A stretch of DNA of 64,000 nt from Octopus sinensis (GCF_006345805.1 NC_043012.1:18600001-18664000); one strand, 5' to 3'; shown: positions 26,120 through 38,382, numbered from the stretch's first letter. Translations and numbers: made by a program. The notes: generated from the letters alone by a model not told the origin.

Positions 26120-27869
26120 AAGAAAAATTAGAACTTTAGTCAATGAATATCAGGACTCCTTTACAGATAAGGAGGAAGATTATCTATGCAACTCACAAAC
26201 CAAAGAAAGCAACTTTTATGGATTACCTAAAATTCATAAAAGCTCGGAAATACAGAGAGCCATAAAGGAACAGAGGAACCACTACATAAGAGTACAAAGA
26301 CCTGCAGACCTCACGATGAGACCAATAGTGGCAGGACCCCAGGCACCAACACAACAACTAAGCCACTTCATAGATATACTCCTCAAACCTCTATGCCCAC
26401 AGATTCCAAGCTACATAAGGGATGACATAGACTTCCTCTCACACACATTCCAAATACAGTCCCGAAAAACACCATACTTGCAAGCTTTGATGTCACAAAT
26501 CTATACACAAACATACCACACACCCTAGGTCTAGAAGCTATAAAACAATCAATAGAAAAATACAGAGAACTTATAGATGAACGCTTCAAGACAAACTTTA
26601 TCACCCAAGCCACCCAACTAATACTAGAAGAAAACACATTCTCATTCAACAACAAGACATACCGACAGATAAAAGGCACGGCTATGGGTACAAAATTCGC
26701 ACCTTCATATGCCAACCTAGTGATGGGCTTCCTGGAGAAAAAACTATATGACGAAATAGGGAAAGTCTTCGAACACGACTTCAGAGAAGACATCAAGAAA
26801 AAGTGGAAACGCTACCTCGATGACTGTTTCATCTTTTGGAACAGATCAGAAGAGGACCTACAAACATTCCACAACATCCTCAATACGCTGCACCCATCTA
26901 TCAATTTCACAATAGATACCAGCCACAACGAACTTCCCTTCCTAGACATCAACATCAAAATACACAACTCCATCGTCACAACAGACATCCACTACAAAAA
27001 AACTGACACACATCAATACTTAAATTTCCACTCCTGCCACCCATCCCACACAAAAAGAAACATCCCATATAGTATGGCACGACGAATATGTAGCATAGTA
27101 ACTGATTCACAAATACGATTAATAAGACTAGATGAACTCAAAAGCTTCCTCCTAGAGCAAAAATACCCCCCCTAAACTAATAGAAAATGGAATCACAAGA
27201 GCATTAAAACTAGACATCACACAACTCAGGACACCCAAAACAAAAAACAAAGAAAACACTATCCCTTTTATAAACACACACAACCCTGGAGTTACCAACA
27301 TCTTCCAAACCATACATTCAAACCTACCAATAGCCTTACAGAGCCCCAAAATGAAAAACATATTAAACAAATATAGCATAAAAAACAGTAGACGACAGGA
27401 CAAAAACCTAAAAAAACACCTAACAAGAGCGAAATTCTCTTCAGAAACTAAAACGGAATTCTTTGCAAAAGAGTGCGGAGATGGTAGATGTGGGACCTGC
27501 AGCAACCCCACCGACAAATACATAGAGAGCAACAGAGAGATAAGATTTAAAAATGGTGTCATATTCAAAGTAAATGCAGATATGAACTGCAAGACGCAGA
27601 ACGTCATATACTGCATAACCTGCCCCACATGCAAGGAGAATTACGTAGGAGAAACTGGTAATTCTTTGTGCCAGCGAGCCAGGATCCACCGACAACATAT
27701 TCGGCAGGAAGAACTACGCAAAATACCACTAAGCACACACCTAGCTACATGTGGAGAAGGAAAATTTAAGATATTTCCCTTCTACAAGTGTCCGAAGAAT
27801 GACACCCCCTTCAGGAGGAATATGGAAAAACATTTCATAGCTAAGTTCTCCCCCAAATTAAATGGCTGA
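26120..27869 (+). pseudogene. PLE polyprotein (RT plus GIY-YIG endonuclease), 5'-truncated, two frameshifts
   Basis: Motifs FYGLPKIHK, MRPIVAG, SFDVTNLYTNIP, GTAMGTKFAPSYANL, RYLDDCF, LPFLDI, YKKTDTHQYLNFHSCHP, CGDGRCGTC, NVIYCITCPTCKENYVGETG. Frameshifts: an extra AC in a CA run (~26440-47) and an extra C in C7 (~27166-72). Confidence 0.92.
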
Positions 27870-28950
27870 AACTTTACTCAACATACATTGAAGGAAAAAT
27901 CTGTGTGTGTGTAGATGTGTGTATTGCCTGTTATATACATCATATTATATTATTATCTTTATAATTCACTTCCATCTTTACCCTTTAATTGTCACTTTAG
28001 TTTTAACTTTCCTATGACATACAACTTTCAAGATGGTATAATTTGGTTGTTCATTTTGAACCGATAAAAAGGTTTTTTCAAATATTTTATGTATAAGTCT
28101 GTGTGTGTGTATATATATGTGTTGGTATAAATATCAACACACAAAAATATTTTTTCTTCTCCACTTCCTCCCTTATTTTTATTTTTATTTTTATTTTTAT
28201 TTTTTTATTTTTTATTCTTTATATTTTTATTTATTCTTTATATTTTTTTATTTTATTTTTTATTTTTTGTTTTTATTTTATTTTATTTTATTTTTTTTAT
28301 TTTTTTTATTTTTTATTTTTATTATTATTATTATTTTTATTTTCCCTTTTCTCTTTTTGTCTCTCTCCCCTTCTCCAAACACACAGACACACACACACAC
28401 ACACACATACACACACACACACACCACACACACACAAAAACACACACAGACACACAGAGACACACACACACACACCTCCACAGAATGATCATAGAAAGTG
28501 TGACCCCAAATGACATTTGCCAGGCCAACCTATGCACAACACACACTCAGTGACATTGAAATGGACGGCCAAAGTTCTTATAAAACCACAGGGGGTCCAG
28601 CAGACCAACGGAAATAACACTTCTTCACTCTCAGATATAAATGCGCACACACACACACACACACGCACACACACACACACACACACCACACACACACACA
28701 CATACACACATATTTTCTCTCTGTCTCACTTCCTCCTCACCCACTACTACGAAACTATAAAAAGGTTCAAACTACCCACAACTGATTTGATTTGAAAACC
28801 CACTAGAATGGGAGCAAGCGCTAATCCGAATGATATGATATATATGTAAAAAATGTAATATATAAATAAATATCTACAAATATGAACCATCTGATCTGAT
28901 TACCTCAATTTTTCTAATATATAATACCTGTACATCATCTCCAAACCTTC

Positions 28951-29004
<54 letters not shown>

Positions 29005-29225
29005 CTTCAAAGTTTGGCATAAAGTCATCAATTTCGAGGAAGGGGATCAGCTGATTTCATCGACTCTAGTGCACAACTGGTGGTATACATTATATGAAAC
29101 CCTGAAACCCAAAACGATGAACGGCAACGTTGATAACTGCGGTATTTGAGCTTAAAACTTATCGACGGGCGAAATGGTGGTAAACATTTTGCCCGGCAAG
29201 CTAACGATTTTCTGCCATCTTGCCT
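29005..29225 (-). mobile_element. Decayed SINE family B
   Basis: atttcatcgactctagtgcacaactgg...cattttgcccggcaagctaacgattttctgcca resembles 46225-46454. Confidence 0.65.
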
Positions 29226-29227
29226 TT

Positions 29228-29292
<65 letters not shown>

Positions 29293-29297
29293 ATATA

Positions 29298-29370
29298 TAG
29301 TATTGGTACAACAATGCTCTAATATTTACTGGAAATAGCAGTCGATAATATACGACACTATAGTAAAGCT

Positions 29371-29425
<55 letters not shown>

Positions 29426-30265
29426 TAAAGATATTTGCGATGGGTGAACATAAAACATTTCTTCTTACCTGTAGGAAGAACATTAGATAAATGTACAACC
29501 CAGATTTTGATGATCTAGAAAACCTAGGTTTTGAACTCTCTAAAATTTGTTTGTTAAGAGAAATTTGATTAGTTACCCTCTGCTATGTTCACCGAGACAC
29601 AAGGTTTAATGATGCTACATCTAGTTTGTACATTTATCTAATGTTCCTCCCACAGGTAAGATGAAATTTCTTATATTGGCCACCCGCAAACATTTTTGCC
29701 ACTATATGTACAGTGAAGCTTTACTATAGCGTCGTATATTATCGACTGTAAATTCCAATAAATATTGGTGCATTGTTGTACAACTGTTCTATATTAATAC
29801 TTTAACGCTATGGTGCTTTGTTGTATAGGAAAGCAATATTGCAGTATTTAATATTTTTCCTTTGAAACCTTTTTCACTGTTCTCGATTATTCTATCAACG
29901 GCTAGGCGTTCAGGCAAGTATACTGGTACTGATGTACAACATTAACAAATTTTGTCTCGGTGAATCTAGCTGAGGAGAACTAATTAAATTTACGTTAACA
30001 AACATATTTTTGTTTGTTCGAAACCTAGGTTCTAGATTATTCACATCTGGGTTGTACATTTATCTAATGGTCTTCCTAAAAGTAATACGATCATTTTTAT
30101 GAACACTGTATATATATACAGTGAAGCTTTTACTATAGCGTCGCATATTATCGACTGCTATTTTCAGTAAATATTGTTGCACTTCTGTACCACTATTCTA
30201 TGTTAATACTTTAACCGTACGGTGTTTTGATGTTTCGTTTTACTGGAAAGTAATACTATTGTATT

Positions 30266-30270
<5 letters not shown>
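29298..30270. mobile_element. PLE pseudo-LTR triplet: one inverted copy plus two direct copies, inside (TA)n
   Basis: Shared blocks gtacatttatctaatg and cagtgaagctttactatagcgtcg...attatcgactg at ~29620-29850 and ~29930-30270. Their reverse complement lies at 29298-29610. Confidence 0.75.
29963..30038 (+). ncRNA. Type I hammerhead ribozyme motif with palindromic stem III
   Basis: Stem I AATCTAG/CTAGATT (7 bp); core CTGAGGA; stem II GAAC...GTTC with a 35 nt loop; GAAA; ACCTAGGT palindrome; GUU triplet, predicted cut after 30031. Confidence 0.8.
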
Positions 30271-30324
<54 letters not shown>

Positions 30325-32551
30325 TATATATATGTGTGTGTGTGTATGAAAATTATGTAATAGATTCAGCTCTAGATTAAAATATTTACCTATTTACTGC
30401 ACTGGTCTCCTTGGAAAAGAATCCGTTGTAGACGTAGAGTGCTAGATATGGAAGTCAATTCCGAGTCTGTCGATGCGGACTTTATCAGGACAGCGACCAC
30501 GAACGCGATAGATGAGTCACAGATAAAAGACGGTGGCTATTGCTGTTAATATATAACATTCCACTTAATGAATACTAATATCAATTAAAGTAAGTTTTAG
30601 CACTACTTTAGGTGCAAGGCCACATTATCATTACCTGGGGCGTTAAAATAAAGTAACAATAAAGGAACTAAATGCCTAGCCTTGAATGTTAAAGCAGAAT
30701 TATTAATTATTTTTATCCGTGCTCATATTAAGTAAGCGGGAATTATGAAAGATTCGAAGGAGAAGTAGGATGAGAAAGGGGAGGAGGAAGATATTCACTG
30801 ACGCTGAGAATACTATGACGTCTTTGATTAATGTAAGACTTATTATACAGAATTATTCAGCATACCTGATCAAAGGCACATTCAGGAGAATATTTAGAAA
30901 ATCATATCCATCTATGCAAACCTTCTAACGTAAGGTGCCTCCATAGCTTAACTCATCATTGCTCTATCGTCCACTTCCGAACGTAGCCATAACTATAAAA
31001 TCAATTGATGTATCCCCATGGTTTATATTATATGTGTCTTCAAAGAAAATTATATTATGTACTCATTTCACGTAACTCGCACTCATTTTCTATCTCATAC
31101 CAGTGTGTGATATTTTATTGCTCCGAAATATTCAACTTCAGAAACCCTTATCAAAAAGTGTGGGTCATCAGGCGTGAATGATAACGGAGAGAATAACTGA
31201 TTTATCTGAAATAGAAAATCAATAGTTTGCATGTTATCAACTGTTGGTATGAGTCGCATTGTTATCTGTAACACTGAATAATTAGGATGCAAAAATATAT
31301 TTGCAGTTATATTAGACGAGGTATGTGTGTATCATGTTCGTAAAATGTTTCATTGCAAATCGATATTTACACCCAAATATTAGCAAAGCGTGTACAAATC
31401 GATATGCCGAAATCACATAAGCCTCTTATCTTACCTGAATTTTTAAAACAATAATGATAGAAATATAACGCTGATTCTGATGAGTGGTACAATAGCACTT
31501 ATCTGGGCAATGGTCTCTAATGTTGTTCACATTCTAGGAAAACAAAAAGATATAGAGTTCATAAAAACGTATCTGTACTGAACTGAAATCCTAGGTCTAT
31601 AGTTAAGTGGCCCGAACACATCACATGTATTACTGTTTGACAATGAGCATGCCTCATCGAAGGCATTGCAAGAAATAGAGTGGATGATCTCTCTCAAATT
31701 ACACACGACCGTATTTAAAGGCTACTGTAGCCATTCGTGTAATAAACTCGAATAATAAATAATAGTGATAATGAATGTAAGGACATGCAAAGACATCCAG
31801 GTAATTCCACAAAGCTGATACTCAGTGCGTCTATACCCCATCATCTACAGCGTTCTAACAATTCTGGGTGGTAACAGAATTGTCGATCCAAAAGTATGAG
31901 ATGCGAATTTAACTTGAGTTATATTTGACCTTCGAATACGGACACTCAGAACATTTAAAGAATATGTAAGTTATCCCATCTCTTGCTCTTTTTGGTTTAC
32001 ACCACATATTAAAAATTCCTGCATCAAACAGTTGTTCTGCGAAGGCTTGACTTGAGAATTGCATCATGAATGCACGTATATGTGGAATATTCAGCTGCTT
32101 ACATGGAAATTTATTTCGCAATTCATTTACGTGTTATATTTAATGGTGTTCATCTAGATGAAAGGATGGCACGCTATATATCTATTAGTGGGTTTAGAGA
32201 TATATATAGGTGGCTATACACGTACATAAATATACTTACGCATTCATGCATACATATCCATATTCTACTCTCTCTCTCTCACTCTCTTTCTCTCACCCGC
32301 TTTCCCTTTTAACGTTAGTTAGAATATGGCTGTGGCATATTTTAACTCCTAAATACAAATTCAATGCAGTTTGAGTAAAGAACAAATTATGTCTAGATAA
32401 CTGCCCTGTAACTGTAGTTAATTCACCTTTAGATATTAAAATATGTCACAAACCTATTTTGATTAACCTAAAGTTCATTTATTCCGCATGCATATGTGTG
32501 CCTGCATGTATATATAGAATAAATATAGGTATATATATATATATAAACATA

Positions 32552-32613
<62 letters not shown>

Positions 32614-34770
32614 AGTTATATATAAATGTGATCCTCGATATACGTTTTTGTACATCGACAACAAAGTTTATCTATTCGCATGGCGTTAGGAGAAAAGTTT
32701 ACGAGGGAAGCAGTTTTTAAAGACGATAAGCTATTATTTATAAACGAATATATCACGCCCTCTGTATTGATTACTATAGACGTTATCTAAAAGGATTCTG
32801 TGACTGAACCATTTTACAACAACATACGAGACAGACCAGCAAAAAAAGTGTGTTGTCGACCTAGATTTTTCCGATCTTGTTACGGTGGTAACAACGGATG
32901 TTTTCTTTTTACTCTAATGGTAGTGAAGTATAGAAATTATACTACTCGGTATACCACATTTTGCAATTGAAACATTTCACCTTCAGCTTCAGATTATATC
33001 TGTCTGTGCCATAAACTAATTACTAGCTATATACTATAGACGATTAAATAAGCTGTTACAACCCAACAAAATTACTCGTATGTCTAGTATATAAAACATT
33101 ATCTATTGTTAGTTTGTAATCACGTCACCTTTAAACACGACAATGCTCCGATGTAGTTATATCTTTCATTGTGCAAAGAAACAAACACAGCCACATACAC
33201 ACAAGGCGCACGTATTCATTCGTATACACTAGAGAGGCAGTAACTTTTTATTACTGTAGCTTTTCTTTGCAATGTTTTCAATTTCTGTTGATGTTTTATA
33301 ACTGCTGGAGTTCAGTGTGTGAAAAGGAGCAAGGAATGGCATTTTGAATGGATATTATTGTTGGTGCGCTAGAAAAGAAAGTTTTACGTGCAGATCAGAA
33401 TTATATTATTACAATTACTTGAAAAAAAAAGTTTGATGTAATTAAAGATTATAACACCATCAACATGGAACGAACAGCATAAAACCATTAACCACGTTTA
33501 CTATTGATATAATGCCGACTACTAAAATAAGATTCCAGTTTTGCAGCGTATGGTAAAAAAAACTAAAAGAAAGACGCATGAATATGAGAGAGAAACATTG
33601 AGAGCACTTAATTTACTTAGTAATCTAAAATCATTGCTCCCAAAACACTAACATGGCAAGAAGAATAAACATGACACAACATCCATTTCTGAATTGTTCG
33701 CACATAATAAATATGTTCTGGTTTGTAGAGTGTGTGTGTGTGTGTATGCGTTCTTCACGGTGTTTTTATTGAAGAAAGCTATAAATGTTTCATGAAATAT
33801 ATTATTAAGAATCGACGAAGTTTATGAGATGTGTACTGTATTCCACTATTAGAAAAAAGAAGAAAATGTATCTATTTGTTCTGTACACAATTCATTCGGC
33901 TAAATGTTTCAAATGTTGGTGATGTTAGTTATCTTAACAATGATGACGAGGGAGGTTGATTTATCTCCGACTTTATTTACATCCATTGCGAAAAAAACTT
34001 TCATTTAGTAATCTACGATTTGTGCGAACTAAAAAAAAAGAATGTGTTAAGTTATTTTGTAGCGACATCCTTTGTGCAATAGTTTTGCATAGTTTGCCTC
34101 GTGTAAACTTTGTGACTAAAACTGAAGAAAGGGAAACAATACGATATCTCAATGCATTGGCTTTACTTCAGATTTGAAATATTGCTGATCACTAACCCAC
34201 CACTTGGCCTCTGACAGATTCTCCCTCTAATATATGCATTCTCCTTTTCTAAGTCTCCATTTTCTTCAGGTTTAGTACTCTAGATTATATTCTTGGAAAC
34301 GAAACTTCCTCTGAATGAACTAGTATAAAAAACTATTTTTATGAGAATATATTGATATTTTTCATTCCTCAGATCTCGTTAAAGTAAATTACCAGTATTT
34401 AACTGAGTTGTATTTATTCAACGCTTCGAAGGTTATTTTTATTGATTAATCCGTTTAGGAAGAAGAGGGTTAGCATCTTTTGCAAGGGTGAGGGACAGAA
34501 ATCCAGGGACTGGAACAGAGAAATAAAGAACTAGACGTGTAATAATAATATTTTAATATTTTATCATTTTAGAGCCCAAAGAAGCGTGGTCAAGATAAAT
34601 CTAGCAACGGTTGCGGTTCTTTATGATATTATTTGAATATAAAACAAGGACTATCAATGCTGCACACCTCATCTGAGATTCAATCACAAAGGTATCCATC
34701 TTTGCTTTATAAGCAGATGAAAATGCTGGTTAACTATTCTCATCCTTGGTACTTTTCTGTTTTCGATCAG

Positions 34771-34832
34771 ATCAGAGAGCTATACACGAATTTCAATTCG
34801 CATGCTCCCTAATGCTACAGAAAATATCTTAG
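34771..34832 (+). other. Candidate isolated exon
   Basis: Pyrimidine tract plus AG (ttttctgttttcgatcag) and a strong donor AG|GTAAGA. One open frame, SESYTRISIRMLPNATENIL. No recognisable family. Confidence 0.2.
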
Positions 34833-35184
34833 GTAAGAAATTCAAGGTAATTCATAGTCATGCGAGGCATGTTGGACATAAGTTACGGGTTAAACCGCTA
34901 AGTATAGCGGCGAATTTTCTCTTACAAAACAACCTACCTTCTTAACACACAGAAAAAAACATATACCAGTATGTTATCGTTAGAGATGAAATGCATTTAA
35001 ACATATATCTGCAAACTTAAGTTGATCAATCACTAAATAAAAAAAACACGCAGTTGTCGTTTAGAGCCGTAACTGTTTGCAGGTTCCCTTCAAATTTGTT
35101 AAAGGAAGGAACCATACTAGGACATATAATAAACTTAGTACTTCACCTGATAATGAAGTTTCAGTTATTATTTGTTTCCCTAAA

Positions 35185-35199
35185 TTAGTATCATTATTA

Positions 35200-35270
<71 letters not shown>

Positions 35271-35365
35271 AATAATATTATTATTATTACTATTGTCGTT
35301 ATTATTATTATGGTCGTTATTATTATTATGGTCCATATTGTTACTATTACTCATGTTGTTGTTGT
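35185..35365. repeat. (TTA)n compound microsatellite
   Basis: Directly visible. Confidence 0.95.
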
Positions 35366-36399
35366 TATTGTCTCTTTTTGTCTTCTAATCTAAGAATCTC
35401 TAATTTGTTGCAACTCAACTGAAAATATCCAAGGCACAATAAAACAGTATTGCAATCGAAGAATACGAACTGCAGGCAAAAATATACTGAATAAACATGT
35501 TTGACTACAAGTAGGATTTAGTAGTGCTGTGGGTATTGATTGTTCCGAAAAATGCGTGTTTTGCATATTTGACTGTACAAATATTTTTCCTGACAAATTC
35601 CGTTTAATAGTCTAGTTAAGGACAACGTTTGATGAGAATATATGAGTAAGGAAAGAAAACAACGAGAAAATATCTCACAGAAAGAATCTAATCTAATGTG
35701 AGAGGAAAACTGGTGGAAATGTTCCTTTCTCCAAATGTCACTATGCATTATCACCAAATATTAATGGCAGCTTAATCAATTTTGATGTTTAAAATGCTTC
35801 GCTGCTTTTGATAAGCGAAATATATATACACGTCAACATGATTCTCGATAAAATTTCATATTTTACTATATTTACGAAACTAAAAATAAGAAAAAAAAGA
35901 ATAATCGCCAAAATATTAGGTGAGAGAAAGCAAATCAATGCATAGACTTCATATCTCAATCAACAGAAATGTTGCTCTAAATAGTGAAATTCTACAAAAA
36001 AAAATGAAAATAATAATAAAATACAGAAGCAGAAAAGAAGGGGAAAATGAAAAATATTGATTTAAATTTGAACAATTCTTTTGACACGAATTTAGCTAAA
36101 AATTGAAAACTGCAATTTTCACTTTTCGTATCAATTTCTACTTTAATTAGATATAGTTAAATATCCATTTTCCCCATTTCGATGAAACAAAATATATGTA
36201 TGCTGCAAGTAAATGTATACACACACATATACACACACATATACACACACACAACACACACACACCCAAACACAAACATATATATTGTGTGCGTATGTGT
36301 GTGAGTGTATAAATATATATACACACATATATGTGTGTATATATGTATTTAGGTGTATGTATGTATGCATGTATTTATCTATCTATCTATATATCTATC

Positions 36400-36528
<129 letters not shown>

Positions 36529-36837
36529 GCGTGTGTGTGTATGTTTGCGACATTCACATTATAACTATAGGTATTCTTTAAAAAAAATGAGGGACCTAGT
36601 TTATAAAATAGAAACACAATCGCCATTATTGAACTTTGGGCTGACGTCTAAGATAAGTGTTAGAATATGAAACTGGAAGAAATGCTTGCAGATATTTGCT
36701 CTTCCTCTCCCTCGTACTCAACTTCCAATCTAACTTAACCTTTGCTTTTCATTGGTTAGAATTGAAACTTTAATATGCTGTGATGCTTTTGTTTACCAAC
36801 ATATATTACTATAACAATATTGTTAGTAGGAATGTAT

Positions 36838-37232
36838 GGCGGCCAGCTGGCAGAATCGTTAGCACGCCGGGCGAAATACTTAGCGGTAATTCGTCTGCGG
36901 TTAATTTCTGAGTTCAAATTCCGACGAGGTCGACTCTGCCTTTTTCCTTTCGGGGTCGATAAATTCAGTACCAGTGACGCACTGGGGTCGATATAATCGA
37001 CTTTATCCGGTTGGCTGTCCTTGTTTGTCCTCTCTGTGTTTAGTCAATTGTGGGTAGTAAAGAAATAGGAATTTCGTCTGCCGTTACGTTCTGTATTCAA
37101 ATTCCACCGACGTGGACTTTGCCTCTCATCCTTTCGGGGTCAATAAATCAAGTATTAGTTATGCCCTGGGGTCGATCTAATCTACTGGTTCTCTCTCCTA
37201 AAATTCAGGCTTTCTGCCTAGAGTAGAAAACG
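36838..37232 (+). mobile_element. SINE family B followed by a headless second unit with a different tail
   Basis: Head ggcggccagctggcagaatcgttagc...gagttcaaattcc. Core ctttcggggtcgataa...ctggggtcgat occurs twice. Tail 1 ends gggtagtaaagaaatagg (~37069); tail 2 ends gcctagagtagaaaacg. Confidence 0.85.
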
Positions 37233-37585
37233 TTAATGGTAGGAATGTAAATGTAAATGTAAGTTTAGGTTCTGGCTGCCAAAAGTTGGAAGTTGTGCTC
37301 ATAACTGAAAGGATAATAACAGCTATATGAATTGTCTACTCGCTTGCAGATAAATTTGAAGGAAGTATTGTGTTTATGCTGAGTCAAAGTTTTAATCGGA
37401 AATCATGTATGTACATATCCATACATGTGTTTATGCATAGTCACACACACACGCACACACACTTATATATTCGTAAATGTCGAAGGATGGAAATGAGTGT
37501 TCAACACGTCATTAGCAGATACACACACATTTATATAGATAGATATATTATGAAATATATATAAATATATGTGTATATATATATA

Positions 37586-38008
37586 CAAAATTTAAAGGAC
37601 TGACCACTAAAAGTGAATGGTCAATATGCTAGATATAGACGTCAAGATCGCTATTTTCCACGAAGAATGTGTTCTCAAGTAAAAACTCAGCACAAAAAAA
37701 GTGCAAAAATAAGTGTTTAAAAATTATAAGCAAGATAAACAAAAATATACGAAATGATAACGATTACCTATGTACCGATAAGTTTCACTTGTTAATATTC
37801 ACGTATATGCACACGTGAAAATCTGCAAGCTCATCAGCATAGTCTGTCGTATTCAAACATTTTCTATGTAAAAATATTTTAATCTTCGGATTTCTTTAAT
37901 ATGCTAAGCAACTGGTTTTAATTCATTAATATCAATTTCTACCCTTATTCAATTGTATATATATATATATATATATAAAATTGAATAAGGGTAGAAATTG
38001 ATATTAAT
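37586..38008 (-). mobile_element. Solo PLE pseudo-LTR (37586-37954) with a 30 bp inverted end copy (37979-38008) around (TA)n
   Basis: attaatatcaatttctacccttattcaatt / aattgaataagggtagaaattgatattaat is a perfect inverted repeat. Contains a hammerhead motif. Confidence 0.65.
37768..37842 (-). ncRNA. Type I hammerhead ribozyme motif
   Basis: Minus strand: CTATG CTGATGA GCTTG...CAAGT GAAA CTTATCGG TA^CATAG. Stem I 5 bp; stem II 5 bp with a G.U closing pair and nested hairpin TTCACGT/ACGTGAA; GUA triplet, predicted cut between 37773 and 37772. Confidence 0.8.
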
Positions 38009-38052
38009 ATATATATGTACATACACACATACACACACACATATATATTTAC

Positions 38053-38116
<64 letters not shown>

Positions 38117-38149
38117 CTTTATTTAAAGCTGCAGAAAATTCAACAAAAT

Positions 38150-38187
38150 TTGTTACTCTGAGTTTCTCGTTGCCGTTCATCAGACAG
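38150..38187 (-). ncRNA. Minimal type I hammerhead motif (left arm copy)
   Basis: Reverse complement reads CTGT CTGATGA A CG GCAA CG A GAAA CTC A GAG TA^ACAA; one stem I mismatch. Confidence 0.65.
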
Positions 38188-38202
38188 TTTTTGCTAGAAA
38201 AA

Positions 38203-38240
38203 CTGTCTGATGAACGGCAACGAGAAACTCAGAGTAACAG
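38203..38240 (+). ncRNA. Minimal type I hammerhead motif (right arm copy)
   Basis: CTGT CTGATGA A CG GCAA CG A GAAA CTC A GAG TA^ACAG. Stem I CTGT/ACAG, GNRA-capped 2 bp stem II, palindromic stem III ACTC-A-GAGT, predicted cut after 38236. Confidence 0.72.
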
Positions 38241-38341
38241 ATTTTGTTGAATTTTCTGCTGCTTTAAATAAAGCATATTACTCTACCACTGGTATTTGAG
38301 TACTCTTTTTTCACCTTGTTTCACATATATGTGTTTACTCC

Positions 38342-38382
<41 letters not shown>

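Larger units (their letters stand above)
24737..28923 (+). mobile_element. Young Penelope-like element, 5'-truncated, with ~1.4 kb inverted duplication of its 3' half
   Basis: Left arm 24737-26119 is the reverse complement of right arm 27504-28923. The GIY-YIG peptide is identical in both arms from KYIESNRE to the stop. The 26120-27503 spacer encodes the RT. Confidence 0.93.
38117..38343. mobile_element. Palindromic PLE pseudo-LTR pair inserted in (TA)n
   Basis: 76 bp arms 38117-38192 and 38198-38273 with 2 mismatches and a 5 nt spacer. The plus copy extends to ~38343. (TA)n on both flanks. Confidence 0.8.

Noticed and set aside
28020-28075. TTCAAGAT GGT...ACC GATA in the young PLE tail as a candidate ribozyme
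   Set aside because: Both core strands deviate from CUGANGA/GAAA and no stem I was found.
24737-28923. Hypothesis that the 1.4 kb inverted repeat is a read-chimera artefact
   Set aside because: The arms differ by substitutions, an indel of about 12 bp and microsatellite lengths, and the geometry matches known PLE insertions. Not fully excluded without raw reads.
31141-31171. Minus-strand CTGATGA CCC...GGG
   Set aside because: Followed by TTTC rather than GAAA.
31477-31500. CTGATGA GTG...CAC hairpin
   Set aside because: Followed by TTAT rather than GAAA, with no stem I or III. Not a hammerhead.
31909-32121. ORF with CSECPY (minus) and a hAT-dimerisation-like LKIPASNSCS (plus)
   Set aside because: Short motifs with stops and no supporting context. 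Could be chance.
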